Shown here: positions 18,092 to 28,994 of the stretch, piece after piece
Layout of the letters: every line of letters begins with the position of its first letter
Numbering within the stretch: position 1 is the stretch's first letter
DNA from: an uncultured delta proteobacterium
Lineage (GTDB): Bacteria > Myxococcota_A > Polyangia > Palsa-1104
DNA: 64,000 bases
NCBI GenBank assembly: GCA_963785725.1
Contig: CAWAWS010000009.1
Location: 1-64,000, forward strand
Reading direction: 5' to 3'
Made by a program: the position numbers and the translations under genes
The notes under the pieces: model-generated
Told to the model about the DNA's origin: nothing
Seen by the model: the letters and a program-made list of their open reading frames with translations, nothing else
Database searches by the model: none

Positions 18092-18655
18092 TTAACTCTT
18101 GGACTTCTGCTGCACTGCGAAATTGACGTTCTGGTAACCGGCAATCGAGCAGCTGTACATGACTTTCTTGATGATCTTGAAGTCGACGCCTTTGTCGGCC
18201 TGCACGATCACCAAGCCCTTCCAGTCATCGGAAGGATGGAGCAGCTTGTAGTTGTTGTGCAGCGTCACGAGCATGTCGTGGAGCTCGACGATCTTCCAAT
18301 CCGCCGAGTTGTCCGCGTTCAGCGCCGTGGCGTCGGCGACCATGTGGCCGTCGAGCGTGACCGAGTCCTTCGAGACGGCGATGATCGGCGCCTGCTCGAG
18401 ATCCTTCCAGTTGTGCGCTTCGGGCAGGACGATGTTCTTCTGAACCGACAGAAGCTCGCCCGACGCCGAGAACGTCTGCAACAAGAAGACGGTCAAGATC
18501 AGCAGCATGTCGACCATCGACGTGATGTTGAGCTCGGCGTACACCGAACGACCGCCGTGACCGCCGCCGCGCACGAACTTGAGCGGCACGAACTTCCGCA
18601 GTCGCGGACCCGGCTTCGTGATCAGGTTCGGCTTATCGACTGAACTGGCTGACAT
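18092..18655 (-). CDS. aglS: ExbD/TolR-family protein, gliding motor subunit AglS-like
   Basis: LNITSMVDMLLILTVFLL TM with the conserved Asp, and VIVQADKGVDFKIIKKVMYS. Third gene of a TolQ-TolR-TolR triplet. Confidence 0.75.
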   Translation of the reverse strand: MSASSVDKPNLITKPGPRLRKFVPLKFVRGGGHGGRSVYAELNITSMVDMLLILTVFLLQTFSASGELLSVQKNIVLPEAHNWKDLEQAPIIAVSKDSVTLDGHMVADATALNADNSADWKIVELHDMLVTLHNNYKLLHPSDDWKGLVIVQADKGVDFKIIKKVMYSCSIAGYQNVNFAVQQKSKS

Positions 18656-18656
18656 G

Positions 18657-19139
18657 TTAGCTCCCCGCTCCCTTGTCCGACAAGCTGACGTCCGGGAATT
18701 TGGCCGACACGACGACGTCCACGGTCTTGATGACGTTGTTGTAGACCACGTCGTCGTCCGACTTGACCTGAATGTCGTTCTTGTCCGGGTAAGCCGTCTT
18801 GGCATCCTTCAGGGTGTCAGCCAGCTTGACGATGTCGTAGTCGTCGCCCTTCTTCGGGATCGCCGTCGATTCGCCCGTCGACTTGGAGAACGTGTAGCCG
18901 TCCTTGTCGATGAACAGCGTCAACGTCACCGTCGGCTCCGGCGGCTTCTCTTGCTCCGCGCCGGCCGCGCCTTGTCCCTTTTGCGTCACGTCCATGCGGG
19001 CAAGCTGCGTCCACACGGCCGTGATGATGAGGAACGAGATGCAGCACGACAACAGGTCGATGAACGGAACCAAGTTCAACGAGGCATCGAGCGGCTTTTT
19101 GCCGCCTTTGCCTGTTGGTGTAGGTGCTGCGCCGCCCAT
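18657..19139 (-). CDS. aglQ: ExbD/TolR-family protein, gliding motor subunit AglQ-like
   Basis: GGKKPLDASLNLVPFIDLLSCCISFLIITAVW, with the proton-conducting Asp. Confidence 0.8.
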   Translation of the reverse strand: MGGAAPTPTGKGGKKPLDASLNLVPFIDLLSCCISFLIITAVWTQLARMDVTQKGQGAAGAEQEKPPEPTVTLTLFIDKDGYTFSKSTGESTAIPKKGDDYDIVKLADTLKDAKTAYPDKNDIQVKSDDDVVYNNVIKTVDVVVSAKFPDVSLSDKGAGS

Positions 19140-19140
19140 G

Positions 19141-19785
19141 TTAGGCGGCCTTCATCGCGTTGCGATGACCAACGACCATGTTGACGACCTGGACCGACAC
19201 TTCGTTGATGTCGTCGAGAACGGTCTGCGTCCAGCCGTTGAGGACCGAGAACGCGAGCAGCGCCGGGACGGCCGTGATGAGACCGAACGCGGTGCAGTTC
19301 ATGGCCTCGGAGATACCGTTGGCGAGCAGGGTCGCCTTCATCGACGGATCGACGCCGGCGACACCGGCGAACGAGTGGATGAGGCCGATGATGGTGCCGA
19401 GGAGACCAACGAGCGTCGCGACGTTGCCGAGCATGGCGAGGTAACCCGTGCGCTTCTCGAGCTTCGGGATCTCGCGGAGAGCGGCCTCGTCCATCGCCGC
19501 CTGAACTTCGGCGTCGGGACGGTTGAACTTGGTCAGACCAGCCTGGACGATGCGGGTGACGGGCGTCGGGTTGCCCGAGCACACCTTGATCGCGCCCTGG
19601 ATGTTGCCGGCCATGATCTGCGACTTGAGGAGCGCGAGCAGCTTCTCTTTGTCGATACCGGCCTTCTTCAGATAGACGATGCGCTCGATGATGATCGCCC
19701 AGCAGACGATCAAGATGAAGAGGATGGGCCACATCGGCCAGTCGCCCTGACGGAAGTGATCAGCGAGCGTTTTGAGTGCGGACAT
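19141..19785 (-). CDS. aglR: MotA/TolQ/ExbB proton channel, AglR-like
   Basis: LAMLGNVATLVGLLGTIIGLI and LANGISEAMNCTAFGL. GGAGGAG RBS upstream of ATG 19785. Confidence 0.85.
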   Translation of the reverse strand: MSALKTLADHFRQGDWPMWPILFILIVCWAIIIERIVYLKKAGIDKEKLLALLKSQIMAGNIQGAIKVCSGNPTPVTRIVQAGLTKFNRPDAEVQAAMDEAALREIPKLEKRTGYLAMLGNVATLVGLLGTIIGLIHSFAGVAGVDPSMKATLLANGISEAMNCTAFGLITAVPALLAFSVLNGWTQTVLDDINEVSVQVVNMVVGHRNAMKAA

Positions 19786-20055
19786 CGGGACTCCTCCACG
19801 AAACGGTGACGGTTTCGCCGTCGGGCCCCTCGCCCTCCGGTCGACGGGATGACATAGCAGGCTCGATGCCAGGCGAAGAATCACACGAGTCGCGCGGAGA
19901 TCGCGGCGATCGACGCTGCCGGTTCGCGTAGCGCATGGCTACGCGCTGGGGCAAAAGGCTACGGATTCGGCCCCCACTGCCATTTGTTACAGAAATAAGT
20001 CGGAACGAGAGACCGTTGCTGCTGTCCTATTCGTAAGCATGGAGCGCGCGCGTAC

Positions 20056-20613
20056 ATGACCATTCCCCGGTTCGCCGATGTCGTCGCTGTGGCCGCCGTC
20101 GCTGTCGTCGTCTTGATGCCGTCCGGCTCGCTGGTGGCCAAAGCGGCGATGGTGGGCGACCGGGTCGAGCTCGACCGCGTCGCCGTGCTCGAGGACGCGC
20201 GCTTCGCCGAGCCCGACTCCGTCGAGCGCGCGCTGGCGCTGGGCGACGCCTACCTGCGCAGCGATCATCCCGACTGGGCGCTGGCGACGACGGCGCAGTT
20301 CGTCGACGCCGGCGATTATCGCGTGCACCTCTTGCGCGCCACGGCGTGGGCCGACCGGCTGCAAGCGCCCGAAGCCGTCGCCGAGACGACGCGCGGCTAC
20401 GCGGCGTGCGACCAGGAGGGTCCGACCAAATGTGACGCGACGGCGCGCGTGCGGATCGGCCTCGTGGCCGGCCCGATGCAAGCGCTCGTCGACGGCAACA
20501 TCGATCCGCGCAAGGATCCGAAAGGCGCGCGCGACGCCGTGCGCAGCGTGCTGCACGCGACCAAGACGCGCGACCTCATGAAGCACGACGGCGCGACGCC
20601 CAAGAAGAAGTAG
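20056..20613 (+). CDS. Hypothetical exported protein (helical/TPR-like)
   Basis: 185 aa ORF with an N-terminal hydrophobic segment and host-like codon usage. Confidence 0.55.
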   Translation: MTIPRFADVVAVAAVAVVVLMPSGSLVAKAAMVGDRVELDRVAVLEDARFAEPDSVERALALGDAYLRSDHPDWALATTAQFVDAGDYRVHLLRATAWADRLQAPEAVAETTRGYAACDQEGPTKCDATARVRIGLVAGPMQALVDGNIDPRKDPKGARDAVRSVLHATKTRDLMKHDGATPKKK

Positions 20614-20649
20614 ATCGCGACGAAATAGAACAAGTTCTAGTGGGTTACG

Positions 20650-22095
20650 CTACTGGCGCTCGAAGGCGCCGAGATCCCACTTCTTGGTGCGCGCATCCGG
20701 GCGCGGCAGGCCGAGATAATCGTGATCGGGCGCGCCCGACATCGTCCCCTGATCGAGACACACGGATCCGGCGGCTAGCTCATAATAGTCCGCAGTCGGC
20801 GGCACGGTGACGGTCGCGGCGAAGCCGGGCGACTGATTGCGCAGGTCGACGGTGGCGATGTCGGCGACGGCAGGATCGTCGGTGGCGAGGTTGATGTAAT
20901 TGCCGCAGCTGGCGTCGAAGTCGGAGATGTTGCCGGCGGCCGCTTTGTTGTCGTAGACGATGCTGTTGATGATGGGGAAGCTGCCCATCGCCACGCAGTA
21001 CATGCCGGCGTAGATGCCGGCGTTGTTGTCGGCGACGGTGTTGTTGGCGAACGTCATGACGCTGCCCGCGCTCGACTGGCTGAAGCCGCCCTGCGAGTTG
21101 TGCGAGATGATCGTGTTGATGATGGTGAAGCTGCCGGCGACACGCACGCCGACGCCGACGTTGCCGTTGATCCAGCAGCCGTCGAGCGTGAGCGTGCAGC
21201 TGTTGCTGTCGATGCCGTCGTTGCCGTTGCTGAGGAACTGCGTCGAGTAGGCGTTGACGATCGACGTGGCGCCGGCGCCTTGGCAGCTGATGCCGATGCC
21301 GGGTGCGCTGACGACGAGGCCGCGCATGCCCAAGGTCGAGTTGCCGGAGACGTCGAAGCCGTCGTGGCTGCCGTTCGGCTTGATGATGACGGTGCCGGGA
21401 TCGGCGACGAGGAAGACGCTGCGGCCGACGATCGACAGGACCTCGGCGTAGGTGCCGGGCGCGATGTGCACGTACGGCCGCGGCGCGTTCGACGCGGTGT
21501 CGATGCCGTCGAGGATGGCGGCCAGCGGCATGGCGGCGGTCAGACCGTTGCCGGGGTTGGTCGTGCTGCCGTCGACGTACACGACTTGGCTGGCGTCGAC
21601 GCAGCGGCCGTGCGTGACCGAGCTCTCGACGAGGTCGCACACGCCCGATGCGCACTCGGCGTCGGCTTGGCACGGGCGGCAGTCGTGCGCCGTCGCGTCG
21701 CAGATGGCCGCGGCCGGGTTGGTCGCGCAGTCGGCGTTGCCGAGGCAGGCGACACAGGCGCCGGCGCCGCTGCCGCTCGTCAGGCACAAGGGCGCGGCCG
21801 GCGTGACCGCGGCGCAGGCGGCGTTGGGCGTCGACGACGTCGTGCAGGCGGCGCAGCTCGTCTGCGCCGGCGTGCACAGCGGCGTCGCGCCCGTGCATTG
21901 GCTGCAGCTGAAGACGCCGCTGCCCATGTCGCCGACGGTGCCGTGGCCATGGCTGCTGCTGCATTGGTGGGCCAGCGTGTCGCAGGCGCGGCCGCCCGAG
22001 CACGGCGTCGTGGCGTCGCAGTATTCGCTGTTGTTCTTCTTGCACGCGACGACAGCCAATGCGCACAGCGCGAGAGCGAGCGAACGAATCATCAT
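20650..22095 (-). CDS. Secreted Cys-rich lipoprotein with right-handed beta-helix (pectin-lyase-like) domain
   Basis: Lipobox AVVAC, a Cys-rich repeat region, then GTYAE, Asn ladders (NNTVADN, NSIVYDN) and C-terminal DLGAFE. ATGA overlap with the upstream PEGA gene. Confidence 0.7.
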   Translation of the reverse strand: MMIRSLALALCALAVVACKKNNSEYCDATTPCSGGRACDTLAHQCSSSHGHGTVGDMGSGVFSCSQCTGATPLCTPAQTSCAACTTSSTPNAACAAVTPAAPLCLTSGSGAGACVACLGNADCATNPAAAICDATAHDCRPCQADAECASGVCDLVESSVTHGRCVDASQVVYVDGSTTNPGNGLTAAMPLAAILDGIDTASNAPRPYVHIAPGTYAEVLSIVGRSVFLVADPGTVIIKPNGSHDGFDVSGNSTLGMRGLVVSAPGIGISCQGAGATSIVNAYSTQFLSNGNDGIDSNSCTLTLDGCWINGNVGVGVRVAGSFTIINTIISHNSQGGFSQSSAGSVMTFANNTVADNNAGIYAGMYCVAMGSFPIINSIVYDNKAAAGNISDFDASCGNYINLATDDPAVADIATVDLRNQSPGFAATVTVPPTADYYELAAGSVCLDQGTMSGAPDHDYLGLPRPDARTKKWDLGAFERQ

Positions 22096-23033
22096 CGTTT
22101 GTGATCGGTTGCGAGAAGGACGATGGAGCCGATGGCCAAGGCGCCGCCGCCGGCGGTGAGCGCGATGCCGCCGGGCAGCGTGTCCCAGACCTGACGGCAC
22201 TCGAGCTGTCCGGCCGGCAGCGCACAGGTCCCGTGATTGTTGAGCGCGAGCAGCGCGATGCCGGCGGCGGCCGCGACGACGCCGACGCCGAGCCCGGTCC
22301 ACGCCAGCGGCCGGAGCGCGCGATGACGCGGCCGCTCGTCGACGATCGACGCCGCGGTCGCCGGCGCCGCGACGAGCGAGACGTCGATGTGCGCGGTCTG
22401 CGACGGCGAGACCTCCACGTCGCGCTCGACCCGCGCGTCGCCCGACTCGAGCGCGACGACGTGATCGCCGGGCGACAGCTCGCCCGACCACGGCGTCTTG
22501 CCCTTGGCCACGCCGTCGACAGAGATCGTGGCTGCCGGCTGCGCCGACACGTCGAGCCGACCGGGCCGCGACAGCTCGGCGTGCAGCCGCGTCGCGATCG
22601 TCTGCAGGCTCTGGCGCAGCTGGTTGGCGGCGTTGTTGGCGGTCACTCGCTCGACGGCGTCGGCGATGGCGTGCTTCTGCCCGGCGTCGTAGACGCTCAT
22701 GCCGACGGTGAAGCCGCCGTCGCTGGCGCGCTCGAGCCGCGGCACGGCCAGGCGGCGCACGCGCAGGAACGACGCCTCTTCCGCCAAGCAGCCGCCGGCG
22801 TGGCACTGCAAGAACTCGGGACGCTCGCCGATGCGCATGTCGACTTCGTTCGGCGGCACCAGGTCGAAGCCGGCGCGGGCCAGCGTGCGCGGCAGCTCGT
22901 CGGCGAAGGCGCGCTGCAGCTCGGCCGGGCAGGTTTGTCCGGTCGTGACCGGAGCGATCGCCGTCCGCGGCTCGCGCGCCGCTGCGACAGCGCAGGTCAG
23001 CACGACGACGGTGACGGCGGCAACGGCTCTCAC
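22092..23033 (-). CDS. PEGA-domain protein with C-terminal hydrophobic hairpin
   Basis: LDVSAQPAATISVDGVAKGKTPWSGELSPGDHVV PEGA motif, signal peptide, two C-terminal TM segments. Confidence 0.75.
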   Translation of the reverse strand: MRAVAAVTVVVLTCAVAAAREPRTAIAPVTTGQTCPAELQRAFADELPRTLARAGFDLVPPNEVDMRIGERPEFLQCHAGGCLAEEASFLRVRRLAVPRLERASDGGFTVGMSVYDAGQKHAIADAVERVTANNAANQLRQSLQTIATRLHAELSRPGRLDVSAQPAATISVDGVAKGKTPWSGELSPGDHVVALESGDARVERDVEVSPSQTAHIDVSLVAAPATAASIVDERPRHRALRPLAWTGLGVGVVAAAAGIALLALNNHGTCALPAGQLECRQVWDTLPGGIALTAGGGALAIGSIVLLATDHKR

Positions 23034-23112
23034 CGCGGCACTGTTGCGCGGTGCGGCGCGGCTGTCAATCCGCGTCGTCGTGGGAGTGTAGAGACGAACG
23101 AAAGGCGAAGAG

Positions 23113-24969
<1,857 letters not shown>

Positions 24970-25000
24970 TAGGCTCTCTAATCTCCAGCACGCGGAGGCG

Positions 25001-25016
25001 AGCAATCGCCGTGCCG
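25001..25016 (-). promoter_or_regulatory. sigma54 (RpoN) -24/-12 promoter of the tes-like gene
   Basis: The minus strand reads CGGCAC-GGCGA-TTGCT (consensus TGGCAC-N5-TTGCW), 31 nt upstream of the ATG at 24969. Confidence 0.7.
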
Positions 25017-25056
25017 CGTCCAACTCCCCGAAAACGTAAGCGCCACATAGCACGGT

Positions 25057-25132
25057 TGCACCGTTTGGTGCACGCCGCCGCGCCTCAGGACCAGATTCCC
25101 CGTCGCTGAGCAAAGATGCACGAAAATGTACA
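25057..25132. promoter_or_regulatory. Two putative enhancer-binding-protein sites upstream of the sigma54 promoter
   Basis: Palindrome TGCACC-GTTT-GGTGCA at 25057-25072 and a related TGCACGAAAATGTACA at 25117-25132. NtrC-like half sites, but with one base less spacing than the NtrC consensus. Confidence 0.5.
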
Positions 25133-25201
25133 GCTCATGACACGGCGATCATATGACGACCGTCGGCTGACGATATTCGAACGCAAAGCGTGTGAGGTTG
25201 G

Positions 25202-25504
25202 TCATACGAGATCGACGAGCGAGGCGGCGGTGACGATGGCGCGGGCGCCTTCGGAGCGGCCGGGAAGGTCGGGTACGATCCCGACGTAACCCGGCTTGCC
25301 GTCGCCGCGCGCCTGCTCGGCGAGCGCGAGACCGCGCGAAGACGTGAGCGTGGCGATGATGACGTGATCGTTGTCGTCGAGCGGACCTTGCGGCAGCTCG
25401 TCGACACGCGCGACCTGGAAGTAGTCGAGGTGGCGCGAGAGATCGGCGATGGCGTCGAGCACTTCGTCATCTCCGACCAGCCACAAGCGACGACGCAGGA
25501 TCAT
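25202..25504 (-). CDS. Small hypothetical protein (Rossmann-like)
   Basis: 100 aa starting MILRRRLWLVGDDEV. ATGA overlap with the upstream gene. Confidence 0.55.
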   Translation of the reverse strand: MILRRRLWLVGDDEVLDAIADLSRHLDYFQVARVDELPQGPLDDNDHVIIATLTSSRGLALAEQARGDGKPGYVGIVPDLPGRSEGARAIVTAASLVDLV

Positions 25505-26103
25505 GCGCGCCACAGGCCGACGAAGAAGGTGACGAGGCCGGCGGCGGTGCCGGCGGCCCAGCCGAGCGCGACGCGCGGGCGCAAGCAATCGTCGGCGCCG
25601 ACGCCGCGCAGGACGAGGCCGAGCGCGCAGCCGATCCACGCCGCCAAGCCGGCGAGCGCCACCAGCGTCCACGCCACCGACGGCGCTTCGTCTTGCGCGA
25701 GCCGCGCCGCGTGCCAAGCGCGCGCCCGTTCACGCGGCTGCAGCGTCGGGTCGGCGTCGGCCATGAGGTCGGCGAGGCGGGCGTTGGCTTCGTCGAGGAG
25801 CGCGTGCTCGGGCGTGTAGAACGAGCGCGTCGCCAGGCACGCCGAGCGCAGCTCGCGCCACGCCGCCAGCGCGCGCGTCGGCTCGTCGCGGCCGATCTGC
25901 CCGAGCTGCGCGAACGCGCGGCGCGAGTAAGGATTCCCGGGCGCGTAGAGCCGCGCGGCGCGGCCGAGATGGGTCAGCTGCGCGTCGCCTTGGGTCGCCT
26001 GCGCCGCTTTCCACTCGCCGCGCGAGGACCAGACGACGCGCACGGCCACGATCGCCAACAAGATCGCCACCAGCGCCGCGCCGTCGATGAGCCGCTTCAT
26101 CAT
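25501..26103 (-). CDS. Hypothetical membrane protein
   Basis: Three TM segments; translationally coupled to the ABC permease. Confidence 0.6.
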   Translation of the reverse strand: MMKRLIDGAALVAILLAIVAVRVVWSSRGEWKAAQATQGDAQLTHLGRAARLYAPGNPYSRRAFAQLGQIGRDEPTRALAAWRELRSACLATRSFYTPEHALLDEANARLADLMADADPTLQPRERARAWHAARLAQDEAPSVAWTLVALAGLAAWIGCALGLVLRGVGADDCLRPRVALGWAAGTAAGLVTFFVGLWRA

Positions 26104-26903
26104 ACGAAGTCACGGCGCGAGAAGACGATCATGGCGAGCACGAGCGCGCAGGCGGCGTAGGCGACGCCGTAGGCCGACGCGGACGCGACGTAGCTCCAGT
26201 CGACGTAGGCGCCGTGGACGCTGACGCGCTGGCCGTCGATGAGCGCGCCCGAGACGTAGAAAATGTTGAGATCGGGGAAGATGCGCAAGAGGCCGCCGCA
26301 GATGGCGCGCGCGGCCCCCGAGCCGATGCGGCCGATGACCTCGCGCAGCTCGGGCGTCGAGCGGCCGACGACGACCACGCCGAGCGTGAACAGGCCCGAC
26401 AAGATCGGCGTCGTGAAGCTGGAGAACAGGACGGCGACGGCGACGATGACCGCCTGCTGCATGAAGAGCAGCCAAATCGCGCGCACGACCGGCATGACGT
26501 CGTTCACCGCGCTCGTCGCCAGCCCTTGCAGCCCGAGCACGAGGAACAGCATCGCGCTCATGATGGCGACGAGCACCGCCAGCGTCAGCACGATGCCGAC
26601 GTACTTGCCGAGGATGAACTCCCAGCGGTGAATCGGCTTCGGAATGAGCGCGAAGACGGTCTTCTTGTCGATCTCTTTGTAGACGAGGTTGACGCCGATG
26701 AAGACGCCGATGATGGCGCCGAAGAGCGCGATGCCGGCCAGGCCGACGTCGCGCGAGACGCGCTCCTCCTCGTGCAGCGACAATTGGCCGAGCGCCAGCG
26801 CCGAGACGATGAGCGCGACGGCGAACAAGAGCAGCACATACAGCACGCGGTTACGAATCGCTTCGCGGAACGTGTTGAGCGCCAGCGCTAGAATTCGCGA
26901 CAT
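26100..26903 (-). CDS. ABC-2 type transporter permease (PilI-like)
   Basis: LALNTFREAIRNR, EIDKKTVFALIPKPIHRWEFILGKY and C-terminal FSRRDF. Confidence 0.85.
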   Translation of the reverse strand: MSRILALALNTFREAIRNRVLYVLLLFAVALIVSALALGQLSLHEEERVSRDVGLAGIALFGAIIGVFIGVNLVYKEIDKKTVFALIPKPIHRWEFILGKYVGIVLTLAVLVAIMSAMLFLVLGLQGLATSAVNDVMPVVRAIWLLFMQQAVIVAVAVLFSSFTTPILSGLFTLGVVVVGRSTPELREVIGRIGSGAARAICGGLLRIFPDLNIFYVSGALIDGQRVSVHGAYVDWSYVASASAYGVAYAACALVLAMIVFSRRDFV

Positions 26904-26904
26904 G

Positions 26905-27825
26905 TCAGGGCGCGGCTTTCTTCATGCGCTCGGCGCCGGCGGACGTGTCGCCGGCGTCGACCTCGCGCACGAACAGATCCTCGAGCGACTCGCGGCGCGG
27001 CGTCAGCGACACGACGTGCTTGCCGCCGGCCAGCGCCTCGCGCACGGCGGCGTCGACGTCGGCGTCGGGTTCGAGCCGCACGAGCTCGGTCGTGCCCGCG
27101 CTGTCGACGACCAGCTCGGTGTGCAGAAGGCGCGGCGAGAGCAGCTGCTTGAGCGGGCCGACGTCGCGCATGCGTCCGCCGACGATCATGGCCACGCGAT
27201 CGCAGATGAGCTCGACGTCGGACAAGATGTGCGTCGAGAACAGCACCGTCTTGCCTTCGCGCTTGAGCTCGACGATGAGATCGCGAATCTCCTTGCGGCC
27301 GATGGGGTCGAGGCCCGACATCGGCTCGTCGAGCACCACCAGCTCGGGCTCGTTGATGAGCGCCTGCGCGACGCCGAGCCGCTGCAGCATGCCTTTGGAA
27401 TACTTGCGCAGCGACAGGCCCATCGCGCCGGCGCGGCCGAGACCGACGCGATCGAGCAGCGCGCGCGCCCGTTTGCGGCGCTCGTGACGATCGAGACCGA
27501 AGAGGCGGCCCATCAAGTCGAGCAGCTCTTCGCCCGACAAATAATCGTAGAAGTAGGGATTCTCGGGCAGAAAGCCGAGGCGATGCTTGGCCTGCCGGTC
27601 GTCGATGGGCTTGCCGAACAGGCGCGCCTGGCCGCTCGTCGGGAAGATGAGGCCCATCAACATCTTCAGCGTCGTCGTCTTGCCGGCGCCGTTGGGTCCG
27701 AGGAAGCCGAAGATCTCGTTCTTCTCGACGGTGAAGCTGACGTCGGCGACGGCGCGCACCTTCTTGCGGAAGAAGCCGAGCGCGAACGTCTTCGCCAGAT
27801 GCTCCGCTTCGACGACGCTGCTCAT
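26905..27825 (-). CDS. ABC transporter ATP-binding protein (PilH-like)
   Basis: Walker A GPNGAGKTT, signature YSKGMLQR, Walker B VVLDEPMSGLDP and STH switch. Confidence 0.9.
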   Translation of the reverse strand: MSSVVEAEHLAKTFALGFFRKKVRAVADVSFTVEKNEIFGFLGPNGAGKTTTLKMLMGLIFPTSGQARLFGKPIDDRQAKHRLGFLPENPYFYDYLSGEELLDLMGRLFGLDRHERRKRARALLDRVGLGRAGAMGLSLRKYSKGMLQRLGVAQALINEPELVVLDEPMSGLDPIGRKEIRDLIVELKREGKTVLFSTHILSDVELICDRVAMIVGGRMRDVGPLKQLLSPRLLHTELVVDSAGTTELVRLEPDADVDAAVREALAGGKHVVSLTPRRESLEDLFVREVDAGDTSAGAERMKKAAP

Positions 27826-28784
27826 TTGCGCGAGCGATACCAGTAGATCGTGCGCAAGAGGCCCTCTTCCAAGTCGACTTTGGCGCCCCAATCGAGCAGC
27901 TCTTTGGCCTTGCCGACGTTGGGCACGCGCAATTCGACGTCGGGATGCTTCCACTCGACCAGCTCGAGGCGCGAGCCCGACGACGCCAAGCGGATGATCT
28001 CGCGCGCCAAGTTGTAGATCGTCACCGTCGAGCGCGGGTTGCCGATGTTGAAGCTGTGGCCGACGGCGCGATCGTCGACGAGCACGCGCTCGACCGCGTC
28101 CACGATGTCGTCGACGTAGCACCAGGCGCGGATCTGCGAGCCGTCGTTGTGCACCGTCAGCGGCTCGCCTTTGAGCGCGCGCGCGATGAAGTGGTGCACG
28201 GCGCCTTCGCCCACTTGCCGCGGCCCGTAGATGTTGAACGGCCGAATGCCGACGGCGGGAAAGCCGTATTGCCGCTGATAGGTCATCGCCAAGTGCTCGG
28301 TGGCGAGCTTGGCGACGGCGTAGGTCCAGCGCGCTTCACCGACGGCGCCGAGCGTCGTCACGTCGAACTCGGTGACGTGGTAGGCGTAGCGGCCGAAGAC
28401 CTCGGACGTCGAGAAGTCGATGAAGCGCTGGCACTTGCCGCTTTCGAGCGCGGCGTCGAGGACGTTGGCCGTGCCGAGCAGCGAGATGCGCATCGTCAAG
28501 GCCGGCATCTTCATGACCGTGTCGACGCCGGCGATCGACGCCAGGTGCACGATGTGCGTCACGCCGTCGACGGCCTTCTTGACCGAGGCCGGATCCATGA
28601 CGTCGCCTTCGACCAGCTCGACGTTGGGCAGCTTGTCGAGCCCGGCCGGCCGCAGCGCGTCGCGGCGGAAGGTGTCGAGCACGCGGATGCGGTTGCCCGC
28701 GCCCTTGGCCAGGTGCTCGACGAGATGGGAGCCGATGAAGCCGGCGCCGCCGGTCAACAGGATGTGCGCGCCTTGGAGGGTCAC
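27822..28784 (-). CDS. NAD-dependent nucleotide-sugar epimerase/decarboxylase
   Basis: LLTGGAGFIGSH, STSEVFG, YAVAK, RPFNIYGPRQ and DGSQIRAWCYVDD. Confidence 0.88.
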   Translation of the reverse strand: MTLQGAHILLTGGAGFIGSHLVEHLAKGAGNRIRVLDTFRRDALRPAGLDKLPNVELVEGDVMDPASVKKAVDGVTHIVHLASIAGVDTVMKMPALTMRISLLGTANVLDAALESGKCQRFIDFSTSEVFGRYAYHVTEFDVTTLGAVGEARWTYAVAKLATEHLAMTYQRQYGFPAVGIRPFNIYGPRQVGEGAVHHFIARALKGEPLTVHNDGSQIRAWCYVDDIVDAVERVLVDDRAVGHSFNIGNPRSTVTIYNLAREIIRLASSGSRLELVEWKHPDVELRVPNVGKAKELLDWGAKVDLEEGLLRTIYWYRSRK

Positions 28785-28994
28785 CGTCTCGCCATCGTAC
28801 GGGACGCGCGCCGTCGAGGCAAATGCAACTGCCGGGCGGCGATGGTCGGGCGCGCTCCCGAGATCGAGTGGATACCTGATTTCGCGGCCAACCGAGCGGC
28901 AGCGCGCGATGCGTCGCCGCGCGCCGGCACTACATTCCAGGCCGGCCCGCGTCGCCCGAGCCAGCCGGGCGGACGTTAATTCAAGGAGTCGCCC

